A stretch of DNA of 64,000 nt from positions 3,177,461 through 3,241,460 of the forward strand of contig BFEA01000018.1 in NCBI GenBank assembly GCA_003427395.1, written 5' to 3'. This DNA is from Chara braunii (Eukaryota; Plantae; Charophyceae). A program made the position numbers and the translations under genes. This document shows, one piece after another, positions 13,430 to 26,270 of the stretch; within the stretch, counting starts at the first letter, position 1; the number at the start of each line of letters is the position of its first letter. Below the pieces are notes generated by a model. It was not told the origin of the DNA and did not search any database. It saw nothing but the letters and a program-made list of their open reading frames with translations.

Positions 13430-15680
13430 TGGCTTTGGCAAGGGTTTGAAAGGATGAGTTGTTGGCGCGGATGAGAATTGTGAGATTGTTAGCAAACATA
13501 AGTACAGTGGAGAGGGAGAAGCCGTGCAGAGGGCTGTAGTTACATTCTGTGAGGCGGTCGATCGACGGGTCTTTTCGAATGAAGGACACTATGACCTTCA
13601 TCATGAATAGAAAAATGGGAGGAACAAGGGGGTCGCCCTGGCAGACGGATCTCGAGATCGGGTAGGCATCGGACAGGATTCTGTCGACTTGGACTTTGGT
13701 AGTGGCATCACCATATAAGATTTTGACCCATTCCCTGAACTTTGGTCCCACTCCCATTTTTTCCATACAAGCATGTAGGAAGTCCCAATTAACTTGATCA
13801 TACGCCTTCTTGAAATCGAAGAAGAGGATCGCCGCTTTCATTCTTTTTTCGGTAATCTTTTTGGCCGCTTCGTTCAGAGTCATCACATTATCGAGTATGT
13901 ACCGCCCTGGGATGAAGGTTGCTTGGTCAATGTGGAAGCATTTGTCAGTGGGGCTTATGATTTTGTTGGCCAATGCTTTTGCCAGGATTTTGTAGGGGGT
14001 CGTGAGCAAGGAGATGGGTCTGTAATTTTTTAGGTCTTCCTTTTCCGCCTTCTTGTGGAGTAGTGAGACCACGCTGGTGCTGAGATATTGGTCTAGGCCT
14101 CCCTTGTCTCTGTTCTCGTTGAAAAAGTCGAGAAGATAATCTTCTAATATGGGCCAGAACTGCAGCCATAACTCTTTTGATAGGCCGTCAATGCTTGGGG
14201 CTTTGTCATTGTCCATTTGGGAGAGTGCTATTTGGAGTTCTCCTTGGTGATAGGCCTTTCAAGGTCCTTTGTCTGTTTCAGTGGATTGTCCTCTCTAAGT
14301 TGGATATCATATGTTGGCCGGCGTTCAGATTGGCTGTGGGGGGAGGCGAGGGGGGTTTGGACTCGTGGAGTTCGGCATAGAAGGCCCTGGCTATTCTCAC
14401 CATTCCTGAGCCAGTTGTTTCAACCTTGCCTTGATTCATCGAGTCCTTCAGTCCCTCGATCATGTTGTTTCTGGCCTTGGATTTAATGTTGGAGAACAAA
14501 ATTTTGGTCATGGACTCGTTGAGGGAGTAGTCTGTCATCCTGGCTCGTATTTGCAAGTCTCTCAATTTTGACCTTCTCCATTCATTGAGTTCCTCATTAG
14601 CAGCTTTTAGAAGGTCATAATAGAAGTCGTTGGAGGGATCTGTTGTGAGATTCGCCTCGGTGACTGCTATGGCGATTTAGAGTTCCCCTTTTCTTACTTT
14701 ACGTTCGGCTGCTCTGCTTCTTTACTCGTCAGAGACAATCTGAGCAAGATCCTTATAGCTATCGATGAACCATTGGTGTCTGTCTCTTCTTCTTCTTACT
14801 GCATCCTGTCTCATTAATAGCCAATTCCACTTCACTGCCTCTGTTAGGCGCTCTGTTGCCAGGAGGGAGTTGTTGAATCTATTGAAGCCTTGACCCTTTT
14901 CCACCGGGGAGTTGAAGTTCAGGAGCAGGTGGATGGGTTTGTGGTCCGGCCCCTTGAAAGCAGCAGCAGGCAGGATTTCCGCTTCCTTAATTGTCCCTCC
15001 GAGGGATTCGGAGATCAGAAAGAAATCAATTCGGGAGAGCGACGTGTGGTTCACCCGGTTCCTTTTGACTAGAGAGAATGCCTTCGTTGTGGGGTGGAGG
15101 GTTCTGAACAGGTCGATCAGTTCGATCTCCGTCATGAGGTTCCTTATGTGGGTTCCTGCGCGTGTGGGTCCCATGAGGAGGGACCGAGAGATACGGTCGA
15201 GTTGCGTTCCAATCCCTGCTATGAATCAGATTGCGGGTTGGGGGTTGGGCAGGAGTAGTTTGATGTTGTTGAAGAACTTCAGTCGTTCGCTTTCTGCGTT
15301 GGGGGCGTATTGGTTCAGAATCCTCAGGTCTTTGTCTCACCACCTGATGTCAATCCATGACCATCTGCCTTCTGTCCCGTCCCCTTCTCCCTTGACAATC
15401 TGTCCTTCTGTCAGGATTTTGGAGGTGCGGGCAGTACCTCGTTTGCTCAGTCCGTATTTGTTGGACCACAGTGTGAAGGCGAATCCTCCCAGGCTCTTTT
15501 CTATTGTCCTTTTGATTCTGGCATGGTTGGTCAGATTGGAGAGGTGAGTTTCTTGAAGTAGAACAACGTCGGGTTTTGACTTGTTTTTATTTATCAAGCC
15601 TGCCCGGATGTCCCGTAGTTCATCCTCCTCGGTGAGTATGTTGCTGAGGCCGTTGACATTCCAGCTGTGGAGTTCTCATA
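13430..15680 (-). pseudogene. L1-clade LINE ORF2 (AP endonuclease plus RT), decayed
   Basis: SWNVNGL, VLLQETHL, SRIDFFL, DHKPI (APE); KAPSIDG, NYRPISLL, DFKKAYD, QGDPL (RT). Confidence 0.92.
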
Positions 15681-18600
15681 AGCTTATTGAGACCTGTTGC
15701 GTTTTTGGATTTTCAATTTTCATTTACGTAATATTTCTGGTGTGTTGCACCACTTTTTGGCGCACTGCCAAAGTGTGCTGCAAGTATGGCTAGGATCGGT
15801 CTGACATCCCTGAAAGTTCGCAGCATATGGGTAACCTGTGGGTAACGTGCAGGGCAAGAGACTAGAGTATAATCCTCAGAGCTATTAGGTAAGAAGAAAG
15901 CTCCATCGCAGCTAGAAACCTAACTTCAGCAGCCTCCACCTTAGTGCAGCTTCAGAAGCCCTAATCAGTAATTCCCTCCAATTGCACTGCAGCTGAAACC
16001 CTAATCCAGTTTCCCTCCAACAGTATTTGCAGCGTGGCGGCTCTCTCACTGTTCCTCCTATTTCTACAGCTTCATGGCTGCTCATTTTTCAGCACACCAT
16101 CTGAACAGAGCAATGGCTCACTACTCTGCTGCTGAGCTCAGAAGCCTGGCGGTTTTCCATCCAAGAAGCGGTTGCATGACTTCCACCCAGCTAATCTACT
16201 CTTGTTCATGCAGCTCTCTGGGCCGACAAAGCCTCCTCCAGCTCCTTTGTCAAACAGGCAAGCGCCAGTACAGCTCCCACCTGGATTCTTTACCACCTAC
16301 TGGACCTAGGTTGGACCGCAGCTGTCTCTGTAAGGACTGGTCAGTGGGTTCCCTGCACCATGGAACCGCTGAAACTGACTGCATAGGTCTAGGTACCCAT
16401 GTTTTAGACTGGTGCGGATCATCTGGAACGGCATCTAGTGCTTGAGGTTTTGGGGCAGGTTCATGCTTCTGTGCACTGGTTTATGCGGAACCGGGGAGAA
16501 ACTTTGAGCTCCGTGAGGTTGGTGGGTTTCATGTCTTTTGAGACTTGGGAGTGTTTTTTGCGACTCGTTGAGCTACTATAGGAGAAGGTGTCATTTGGCA
16601 GAGACCTTGAACTCTTCTTCCAGCAGGTCTTGATTTGTGGAGTAGAGAACAAGTCTTCTTGGAAGTATGCAGTTCTTGATAGTGTCAACTGTGCCTCTAT
16701 GATTCCTTCATCTTCTTCTGCACATATCACTGGGTGGATGAAATGTGCAGTTACTTAAATGGATTTATGCATTGAGTCAGTCAATCACACAAGGCTTCTC
16801 TATCCTCGATAGCATGAGGATACCTTCACACCAGGCCTTCACTGAATTTATCGGACCACAGTTTACAGTAGAATCAGTTGAAAAGGAAAGGAATTGATCC
16901 GGCCGCAGGCTCCCCTATGCCTAAAGGTCTGCCAGTGGTCTGACTATGCCGTAACAATCATGAGATGCTCTCTGACAGATGATGTGTCATGTGGAGTCTG
17001 TCGTTCTTCTCGGCACTTGCCTGTCGACATGTGAGCCGTGACCTTTGATTGGTTCCATGTGTCCACCTTCTGAGTGCCTGACGATATTAGCTACACAATT
17101 GGGTAATACGCGTGTGGCTGCAGCATAACTCACACCCTCAGACAACACACTTTATAAACAGCGTGCACCAACCGACACACTGCCAAGTATTGAGACCTGT
17201 TTGGTGGAATTGCCAATCCCCACGTCAAGGCATAAGCTTGTTGAAATCAGGTGCTCCTAATAACAGCAGAAAGTGTAGTTTTGGCCTGCGCTGGTTGGCT
17301 GAGTGATGCACAATATTTCACATAGTTGGTGAGCAGATCAGTAGTTCACTTTCTGTTGGTTACAGTGATATTAGGCATTGCTTAGGGTCTACCTTTCTGA
17401 AATTGGGGGAAGAAAAAGGGGGGGGAAGACAAAACACAAACTTTCACCAGCATTTTCAAGAGACGCAGAGGAGCAGGAGATAAGAATAGTTATAAAAAAA
17501 AAGCTGGAGGAGTGTGCCGGCCTCCACACCGTAGTTGTTTTTTTTTTCTTCTGGTTGCAAGCCTCCCAGAACCCACTTTGTCAGTCCAGCCCAGTAGATT
17601 ATTGAAGCATAGGTGCCAGATTGAATCCCAACAAGGAGAAAAATTGAAGCGACTGTGGCATTCAGCAGGTCTGGGGCTCATGTGCCTTCTGGGCAACCTT
17701 GGCTCTCGCCACCTAGAGATAGGCTGTTGGTGCCCCCGAGTGGCATGGACTAGAGAGAGGGGAGGGGACCGGAGGGGAGGCACAGCAACTGACCCATCAA
17801 AGAAGCTTGGTCCTGATGCTACCGGCTGACCCGTGGCCGGTATCAGCCACCTGCAGGTCGGGCACAACCCCCATATGTTCCCTCGTTGGAGGTTTGAACT
17901 CGGGCTAGCTGCTATGGGGTTCCCCGTAATACTATAATGATCTAGGCTGTTTTCTGGGCGCCCGGGCACCCAGCTTATGCCCCGGGTACATGCCCAGGTG
18001 CCCAAACGGGCATGACCCCAGGCCAGGGTGCCAGGCAGACCCAGCGCAAAAAAAATAAAAAAATAAAAAAATAAAAAAATCTGAGTGAGGACACCTCCCG
18101 GAATGGTTGGGCCCTTGGGGGCCCCGCGGGTAAACCGGGCGGGACAAAAAACCACCTACAATTTTTTTTATTTTTTTTTTGAAACCGGTGTCGTTCTGCT
18201 CTCAGCGAGAGGACCCCGAATCTGCAATAAAATTTTGGTTNNNNNNNNNNNNNNNNNNNNNNNNNNNNNNNNNNNNNNNNNNNNNNNNNNNNNNNNNNNN
18301 NNNNNNNNNNNNNNNNNNNNNNNNNNNNNNNNNNNNNNNNNNNNNNNNNNNNNNNNNNNNNNNNNNNNNNNNNNNNNNNNNNNNNNNNNNNNNNNNNNNN
18401 NNNNNNNNNNNNNNNNNNNNNNNNNNNNNNNNNNNNNNNNNNNNNNNNNNNNNNNNNNNNNNNNNNNNNNNNNNNNNNNNNNNNNNNNNNNNNNNNNNNN
18501 NNNNNNNNNNNNNNNNNNNNNNNNNNNNNNNNNNNNNNNNNNNNNNNNNNNNNNNNNNNNNNNNNNNNNNNNNNNNNNNNNNNNNNNNNNNNNNNNNNNN

Positions 18601-19144
18601 NNNNNNNNNNNNNNNNNNNNNNNNNNNNNNNNNNNNNNNNNNNNNNNNNNNNNNNNNNNNNNNNNNNNNNNNNNNNNNNNNNNNNNNNNNNNNNNNNNNN
18701 NNNNNNNNNNNNNNNNNNNNNNNNNNNNNNNNNNNNNNNNNNNNNNNNNNNNNNNNNNNNNNNNNNNNNNNNNNNNNNNNNNNNNNNNNNNNNNNNNNNN
18801 NNNNNNNNNNNNNNNNNNNNNNNNNNNNNNNNNNNNNNNNNNNNNNNNNNNNNNNNNNNNNNNNNNNNNNNNNNNNNNNNNNNNNNNNNNNNNNNNNNNN
18901 NNNNNNNNNNNNNNNNNNNNNNNNNNNNNNNNNNNNNNNNNNNNNNNNNNNNNNNNNNNNNNNNNNNNNNNNNNNNNNNNNNNNNNNNNNNNNNNNNNNN
19001 NNNNNNNNNNNNNNNNNNNNNNNNNNNNNNNNNNNNNNNNNNNNNNNNNNNNNNNNNNNNNNNNNNNNNNNNNNNNNNNNNNNNNNNNNNNNNNNNNNNN
19101 NNNNNNNNNNNNNNNNNNNNNNNNNNNNNNNNNNNNNNNNNNNN

Positions 19145-19198
<54 letters not shown>

Positions 19199-19678
19199 AA
19201 GGGGGTCCAAAATCCCCCGACAGGTGAGTGCGCTGGGGGGGCCCGGCCCCCAACCGGGCGCCCTGCCCGGCCAGGCTGCCGGGACCTCTAGAATTGAAAT
19301 ACAAACGACTTTTGGCTGAGGGTAACATTAGAATTCCTCACAGGAGTCATCACAATTGCATGACTGTTCACACAAACAACCACATTGTTCCGGGACGCTG
19401 GACCCGATTTCCAGCAGGTGCCGCTCCCCACCAATAGATGGAGCGTCCCCGGCAGAGCTACCAGTGCCACCTCAGCCAAAATTCATGTCAGCATGCTCTC
19501 ATCTTCCCACACACACATGCTGTTGCCACAGCTCCCACGCTGTGCCACAGCCTTCCTGCCTTCCTCCCCACTACTCGGGAGCGACAATGCGAGCGCCAAT
19601 GTATCCTCACTGTATAGAAACTTCGTCGGCGCACCAACTAACAATGTCGTCGGCCCCGGTAACGGCGATCTCGAACCA

Positions 19679-20612
19679 GCTCCGATACCAAATTGAAAGG
19701 AATATGAGCAAGAGCGATAGACAGAAAACCCAATTGCAAAATCATGAAGAAGTCCTGATAGTCATGTACCAAGCAAAGAGCTCAAATGCACCGAGATACA
19801 ATCCAAATAAGAGACGCTCTCTGGTCACACCAACACTGTATCCAATGTCACCCGTACTGTCTGGCGCTCAGCACCCAGCCTACTCTACTCAACCTATCTA
19901 TCCTATCTACGTTCATGCAACTGGATCACAACGAAGTCGAAGACCAATGTACATAACGTCAACACCAATGCCGACCACCAGCATACACCAGGTACGTTCT
20001 CTCTCCTCTCGTCATCACACCTCTTCTTCCCACATCATGCGCCTCCTACCTGAAGACCACCCTCGCCATCACGTGCCTTGCGCCCCTGCAGCCCGGATAT
20101 GGCTGCTGTGTGTCCGCTGCCTCAGGAGCGCCCCTCACCTCAGCGCCCGTGCGCGCGTCCGGCGCCCAGTAGCTTCAGTTGGGCCGCCAGCGTCTGCGCC
20201 CAGCCTGGGCCTCATGCAGTTAGGCACATTCAGGCATCCACACAGCCTTCGAGTGTTCGCCGCTTTCTCATTGGCTCGCAGCTCGTGTGTGACGGCAATG
20301 CTGCTTTCTCATTCGCCTGCGGCCGCTGCGTCGGCCGCACACTGCGTGTGCCCAGGGCGCAACCACCTGGGCCCTGGGCTCAACTGTACAGCGCAGCCCT
20401 TGTTTCTGGAAAGAGCCTGAGGGCTCACATTTCTCTGTAACCAACTGGCGTGCTGCAACTGTTTGAGTACCCACATATGGAAAAATGTTGAAAATAGGCC
20501 TCACGTGGATATTCAGCCCGCCTTCACTGAGGGTGGGCACGAAGCTTGTTGCGTGCCAGAGCCAGAATACTTGTACGTCTGATGAGGGGCCCACGAGGGC
20601 TCATTCCTCGCA
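19679..20612 (-). mobile_element. 5' LTR (19694-20612) of the same LTR family plus tRNA-iMet primer-binding site (19679-19690); internal region truncated
   Basis: Minus strand ...tttca att TGGTATCGGAGC; TG...CA ends; homologous to 5004-6005. Confidence 0.8.
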
Positions 20613-21010
20613 GTACGGTCATTATGGTTGTGTGGTGCAACTTTTAGTCCAAATACAGCCATGATGACCGTATGTTCTGTTCTGGGGAAGACAGTAGATA
20701 TAGTAAGATTCTCTGGCCTCATGCAGCAGCTTTTTTTTGCCAGTCCTGATAGGACACCAGGCTGCTGAGTAAATTAAGGCAGGAGTGGGCTTGGTCTGAT
20801 GGTGATATCTGGCGACTGGAGAATGGGGCTGAAGAGCTCTGCTCCTGTCCCAACTGGGTTCAGTTGTACAGGGACTCTGGACCCGATTTCCAGCAGGTAG
20901 CTCCCCTCCAATAGATGGAGCTTTCAAAACCGGGACCTACTTAGAAGGGGGTGCTTGTATCACCCTTCTAAGTACACACCCCAGGCCCTGAAGTTCAGAA
21001 AAAAAGAAAA

Positions 21011-24000
21011 ACAGTCGTTGCATTTGACTGGACTGTTACAGTCTGGAATAGGACAGGTGTAAGGACCTGCCAAACACGGACTGAAAACACAGCTGATTTC
21101 TGAGTTGCCTGGCTGCTCCATCTATTGGTGGGGAGCGTCACCTGCTGGAAACCGGGTCTAGCGTCCCATATATACAATTCACAACACAGAAATTTGCTAT
21201 CAATGTTCTCTAGGCTGTACTTGTTCCCTTGTCCCGCCGGGTCCCCGTTGTCCCTTGGAGCTGCTAGTATTCCCAACCCAGATCCGAGCACCCCTTAAGA
21301 ATTTGAACAGCCCTATCCTGCAGCCCCCCTTATACCTGAACACAGACTGAAGTTTCTTATGAACCTTTTAAACCATTAAACCCCTAAATTCCTTAAACCC
21401 CTTAGCCCTTCTGCCCCTCGGTCCTATACCATCGTCCAGAATCCATACTTGCCCTACTCTCCGGCCTCCTCTCCCTTCCATCTTCCATAGCCCTTCAGGT
21501 CAGAGGGGTAGAGAGTCTGCTTCTGTTCGTGGCTGCTCCTGCCACCATTAAACCCGTGCGTCCCGCCGTAGCTGTGTCTGGCTTATTGTTGATCGTCACC
21601 GTCCTTGTCCTCCACAGCAACAAGACAAGAGAGGGGGAGCTGCCGAAAAAAACCAGTGTCCCCCTTTTTTTTTTTCCAGCCGCAGTCTTTGTCTTCAGCC
21701 ACTGCTCCCCCTGGCCTGTGGCATCCAGGCATAGGTTATTGCTCCCACTTTTCTGATCTTCCGTTGCCAGCCGATCCGGCAGCTGCCTTTAGATCGTCCT
21801 GTGAATCCCAGTCATCCAAAGCAACACAGCTGCCAATCACGTGATGTGGCGGGTAAGTGCAGGCTGCGGGGCAAGTGCGGGGGTGGGAGACGATGGGCAG
21901 GGAGGAGGCAATGCGCTTGGCATAGCAGGTGGAGGGAGGGGGGGTGGCTGGGCAGGCGGCACCGGGGTAGGGAGCAGCACAAAGTTCGGTTGGAGGTACG
22001 GGACCTGGAAGTCAGTAAAGGGTTTCCTCTACCAGGCAGGTTCTGTTTTCCTCCAGGGTTTCCACGTTATGTCGAGAGCAGTGTCTAGTTCTGAGAACAG
22101 TTTGCCAGGATCCTGCCAAGTAAGCATATAGGCATCTCTAGTGACGTCCCTGGCAGGAGGGTCTTTTTCCTCCAGAAGGTCGCGCTTCATGGCCTTCTAG
22201 GCTTCCTGGGTGTTGGTCCTGATCTGCTCTTCCACAGCTTTTTGCGTCTGCATCAGACCAAATTGATGGTCTTTCCTTTCGAACGAACATCTGGCTCTCC
22301 AAGCTAGCATAAGAAGGTGCAGCCTCGTGTATGAAAAGAGGTTGGTCACAAACGGAGACCAGCGAGCCAGCAGGTGGCGATTCTTCCCAAGCAGCAGGAG
22401 GCCAATATCCCAAGGTATGTGATATCCATCGAGGGAGTGAAAGGCCGCATCCCACCATTGCCACAGTTGGGTTACCATCGGGCACGCCAGAAAGACAGTG
22501 TTCGAGGGTCGCCTTGGCCGGTGTGTGAGCGCAATACGCGCAAATCGGGGATAGCTTACCTTGCTGCTCCAGGTTAGTCCTAGACACTATCCAGTGGGGG
22601 GTGGGGAGGCAACGGTGGAGGATCTGCCACTGCAGCGATCTATGATTTGTAGGCATGATCCTTGCATATCTGGACCAATCGAAAGCCCGTGACAGTTTAT
22701 GGTCCAGCGGCGAATCTCGCACCCATCTGGTAGCAATCGTTTAACTGATCGGCAGGATTTGTCGTGATGTCCGGTATCCTCCTTTGACTGTGAAATTCCA
22801 TAGATATATTGGTTTGGGGCCTGACCGCTCCCATTCCGCCAGGTCAAAGGGGAGCTTGGCCACAGGAGTGGAGGTCTCATATGCGTAGTAATCATTTTCC
22901 TCGTCTCCCACGACCCTCACCTGCATCAGTCCCCCCCACGCGCCTGTGGTGTCCAGGCTGTCGTTTCTTACCAGTTTTGTGAGTGTGGCCCCAGGCAATT
23001 GGGGCTCGTAGGCTTCCAGTTCGCAGGTCCCGTGGTCGTTGTCCTTAACTTTGAATATGACGAGGTGGGTTGGGGAATCCGAATATCTGACAACCCAGTC
23101 ATCCTGACGGACCGTTGGTCCCTCCCTTAAAGTGAGATGCCAGGCAATGGGGAGGGCCTCTTTTAGTAGGCAAGCCTTTTCTTCCACATTTTTGGCATGC
23201 TTAAGTTTGCGCTGTAGCTGGGCCGGGGTTGCCCATTCCCCACCCACTGGGTCCCACAACTCACCAACCGTAAACACCCCTTTCTTCGCCCAGGTAAGCC
23301 AGGGGGAGTTGGTAGTCAGCGGGAATGGTTGGCCTGATTCTTGCAGGATGTGTGGGTTGCCAAAGAGGGGTTGCCTCCATATGTCGTGCCACCTGTTCGA
23401 AGGGTGTTTTTGTTGGGGACCCCTCCGTCTCCAAAGTTTAATCATATATGGCCAAAGCGGGTCTGCCGTTATGTCCTGCTGTGTAGCATATGCCGGATCA
23501 GCCGGGTGTGCGGGGTGCGTTTGTTTGGGGGGAGCAGGGACAGTCCAGTGGCTGTTTGTCAGCCATTGAAATGGGTGGACCTTTCCCTGAGCCTCATTTC
23601 GAGGAGCGAGGTTGGTTAAATGCAGGCAGGCCAGCGGTTTCCAGGGGATGTCGTTCCCTATGAGCAGGCGGACAAGGACTTTAAAGATTAGCGCCTCGGT
23701 CTGTCTTTCAGGGTCCAAGATTCCCAGTCCCCCTTCGGATCTAGGCTGTGTCAGTACGTCCCACTTCACCTTGTTGATGCAACCTTGAGGTTTAGCACTA
23801 TTTTTTCATAGGTACGTCGTGAGGGCTTTCTTCAATTTTGTGTGCTGCTGCTTAGTCAGCGGCCAGACTGCCAGTTTGTACCAGATGGCCACCAGGATGG
23901 CACTATTAATTGCTAAAGCGCGTCCCACCAGTGATGGGTGCAGGCCTTCCAGTTGGCCAGCCGATCTATGGCCATGTTGACCAGCATGTCCCCATGGTCC

Positions 24001-26270
24001 GGCGGTGGGCCTAGTGCAGTCAATCGGACCCCAAGTATCCTAATGGTGTCTTCTTTGCGGGCCCAAGCAACACTCGGTTGGGGCGGAGGTGGTTGTCCTT
24101 GAGGGTGGACCCACCAGCCCTCAGTTTTAGAACCCCAGTTAACCTTCATATCTGCTGCTAGCGAGAAGAGATGAATAACTTGGGTGAGTGCTTGAACGCT
24201 GTGGTTGTCGGCGCGTATCAGTACAGTGACGTCATCCGCAAAGAGCGACGTCAGTGGTATAAGGTGGTGTGGTAAGTTTGGAATAGGCACTTTGCTGACT
24301 CCAGGATGCACTCTGATCATTGCAGTCAGGGCCTCCATGACAATAACAAATAGCAGCGGCGCAATGGGGTCTCCTTGACGCACCGATCTCTGGAGGTGAA
24401 TCGGTGGCGAGAGGTGACCATTTAGCATTATGTTGGCTGTGGCTGATCTATGTTGGAGTTGTACCCATTGGCAGAAACCCGAACCAAATTTCATTTTTAG
24501 AAGGCACATATCAAAGTCTATGAAGAGGATTGCTGCCTGAGCCCTTCGTTGGCGGGCATATTTGATGGTCTCGTTGACCAACAGGATGTTATCCTGGATG
24601 TTCCGATTTGGCATGAACCCTGTTTGGTCCGGGTGAATCAGCATATTCATGAAAGGCAACAATCTGTTAGTTAGGAATGGGCCTATAGTTTCTTATATTG
24701 TCTTTGTCGCCTTTCTTATATAACAAGGTAGTTACCCCCTGCCCAATCATTCCCCCAAAGGAACCTTCTTTTTGCACCGCGTCTATGTACTCCATAAGAT
24801 CGACGTTGATCAGGTCCCAGAATCCAACCCAAAACTCTTTCGGGAAGGAGTCGATCCCCGACGTCTTCTCGTCCTCCATGTCTTGTAAGGCGTCCCAGAC
24901 CTCCTGCGAGGTTGTGGGCTCGTCTAGGGTGGCTTTTTGTTGCTGTGTTAAGGAGTGGACTGCCTGAAGAAGCGATTGCCTCGCTTGCTGGACCTGGTCT
25001 GGGTCTTTGGCTGGCGTTTCGGACGTAAATAAGTTGCTGTAATATTTGGCCGCATAGTCCGTGATTGCGTACGCAGTGGTTGCTGGCAAGGCGTTACTAT
25101 CTAGAGGGTGATTCAGTCTGGGGACCGTGGCCGCTCTAGATCTAGTCCTGGCTTTTGCAAAGAAGGTTTTTACCATTGCCCCATCTGTGTGTTGTTTTGT
25201 AATTTTAGCCTACACCCTCCACGCTTGCACCTATTGTTCGATATATGCCTGGAGGTGGTCTCGGGCCTCTTGCAGTTTGTCATACGAGGGGCGGCGTAAC
25301 GGGTCTTTCATAAGTTCGTCATCCCAATCTTCTACTTCCCTCATGAGGCTTTCAAGGCATGCCTTGCGGTCCCTCGCATGCTGAATGGAGAATTTTTTCG
25401 CTCTTTCCCTAAATTGCGCTACTCCCTCATTAAACCAGTTCACCCTTTCCCCAGAAACAGGTTTCCGGGTCTGCCAATATTTCCAGAAGTCATTAACCAG
25501 TTTTTTTAAGCTGGGCAGGGGGAGCAGGGAGGCATTAAGCTTGTAAAACCCCGGCCCTCTCTGGATGTGTTTGTGAAATGACAGGCCCAGTGTAATCATC
25601 CTGTGATCAAAGAACTTACAAGGGCTAATCGTTGTTATTTTCACCGTTGTAACGAGGCCCATCATGTCTTTTGGTACCAGCGTAAGGTCAATGCGTGAGT
25701 TAGCCAAGCCGAGGTCGCCTCTTGATGACAGGCAAGTGCAAGCTCTCTGGGTGGGGTGAAGTAGTTTGTACGTGTCTGCGAGTTGTCTATCCGCCATCAT
25801 TTGTTTGAGAATGCACCTATCTGGGGCCGGGGCAGACATCGGCAAGAAAGCAGGGTCGTTGTGTCTAGTCGTGGATCTACGATCCATGACTGGGTCAAGT
25901 GTGGTGTTAAAGTCTCCCGCAAGTATACTGCACTTTCAGGCAGATCCATCTGCCATGCAGGTGGTCGTGCTCTACCTCCAATGGTGTAAGCTTTGATGAC
26001 GGCGGGAGCCAGATTGCGACTCCTGCCGACGCTCTATCCTTTGCAGGTGCAGCGTACAGTGTATACGACCAGATTGCTTTCGCTTTTGCATTGTGTGCCG
26101 GCGTATCCTGCAGATGAGTTTCTTGGATGCGTATTGCGTCTGGCCATGCTCGTGTTTCCGGGCACCTGAGCAAGTTCCAGATTGCATCCTTTTTCGGTGT
26201 GGTTGCCTGGATGAGACCATTGACGTTCAGTGATCGAATGTCAATATCTGCTTGCTCCAATTTCGTTATC
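21011..26270 (-). mobile_element. L1-clade LINE (family B): ORF2 APE-RT-zf-RVT plus 3' UTR, frameshifted
   Basis: IRSLNVNGL, IQETHL, SRIDL, FDHRMI; QTGFMPNRNIQDN, VRQGDPIAP, LFADD; SLQWQILHRCLPT...CAYC...EHCL; 3' motif at 21115-21167. Confidence 0.93.

Noticed and set aside
17942-19290. Possible DNA transposon with GC-rich subterminal repeats around the gap
   Set aside because: No matching TIR or TSD could be established.
17975-19328. Long ORFs spanning N runs (also 7620-8388, 26266-27024 and 34442-35132)
   Set aside because: Artefacts of gaps and microsatellites.
19411-19424. CTCF-like ccagcaggtgccgc within the 3' motif
   Set aside because: Context points to a plant or algal genome, which lacks CTCF; better explained as a LINE 3' RNA element.
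19356-20420. 354-aa plus-strand ORF (also 5578-5979 and 12808-13407)
   Set aside because: These lie antisense within LTRs, have no domain motifs, and the frame is not kept across the more divergent LTR copies.
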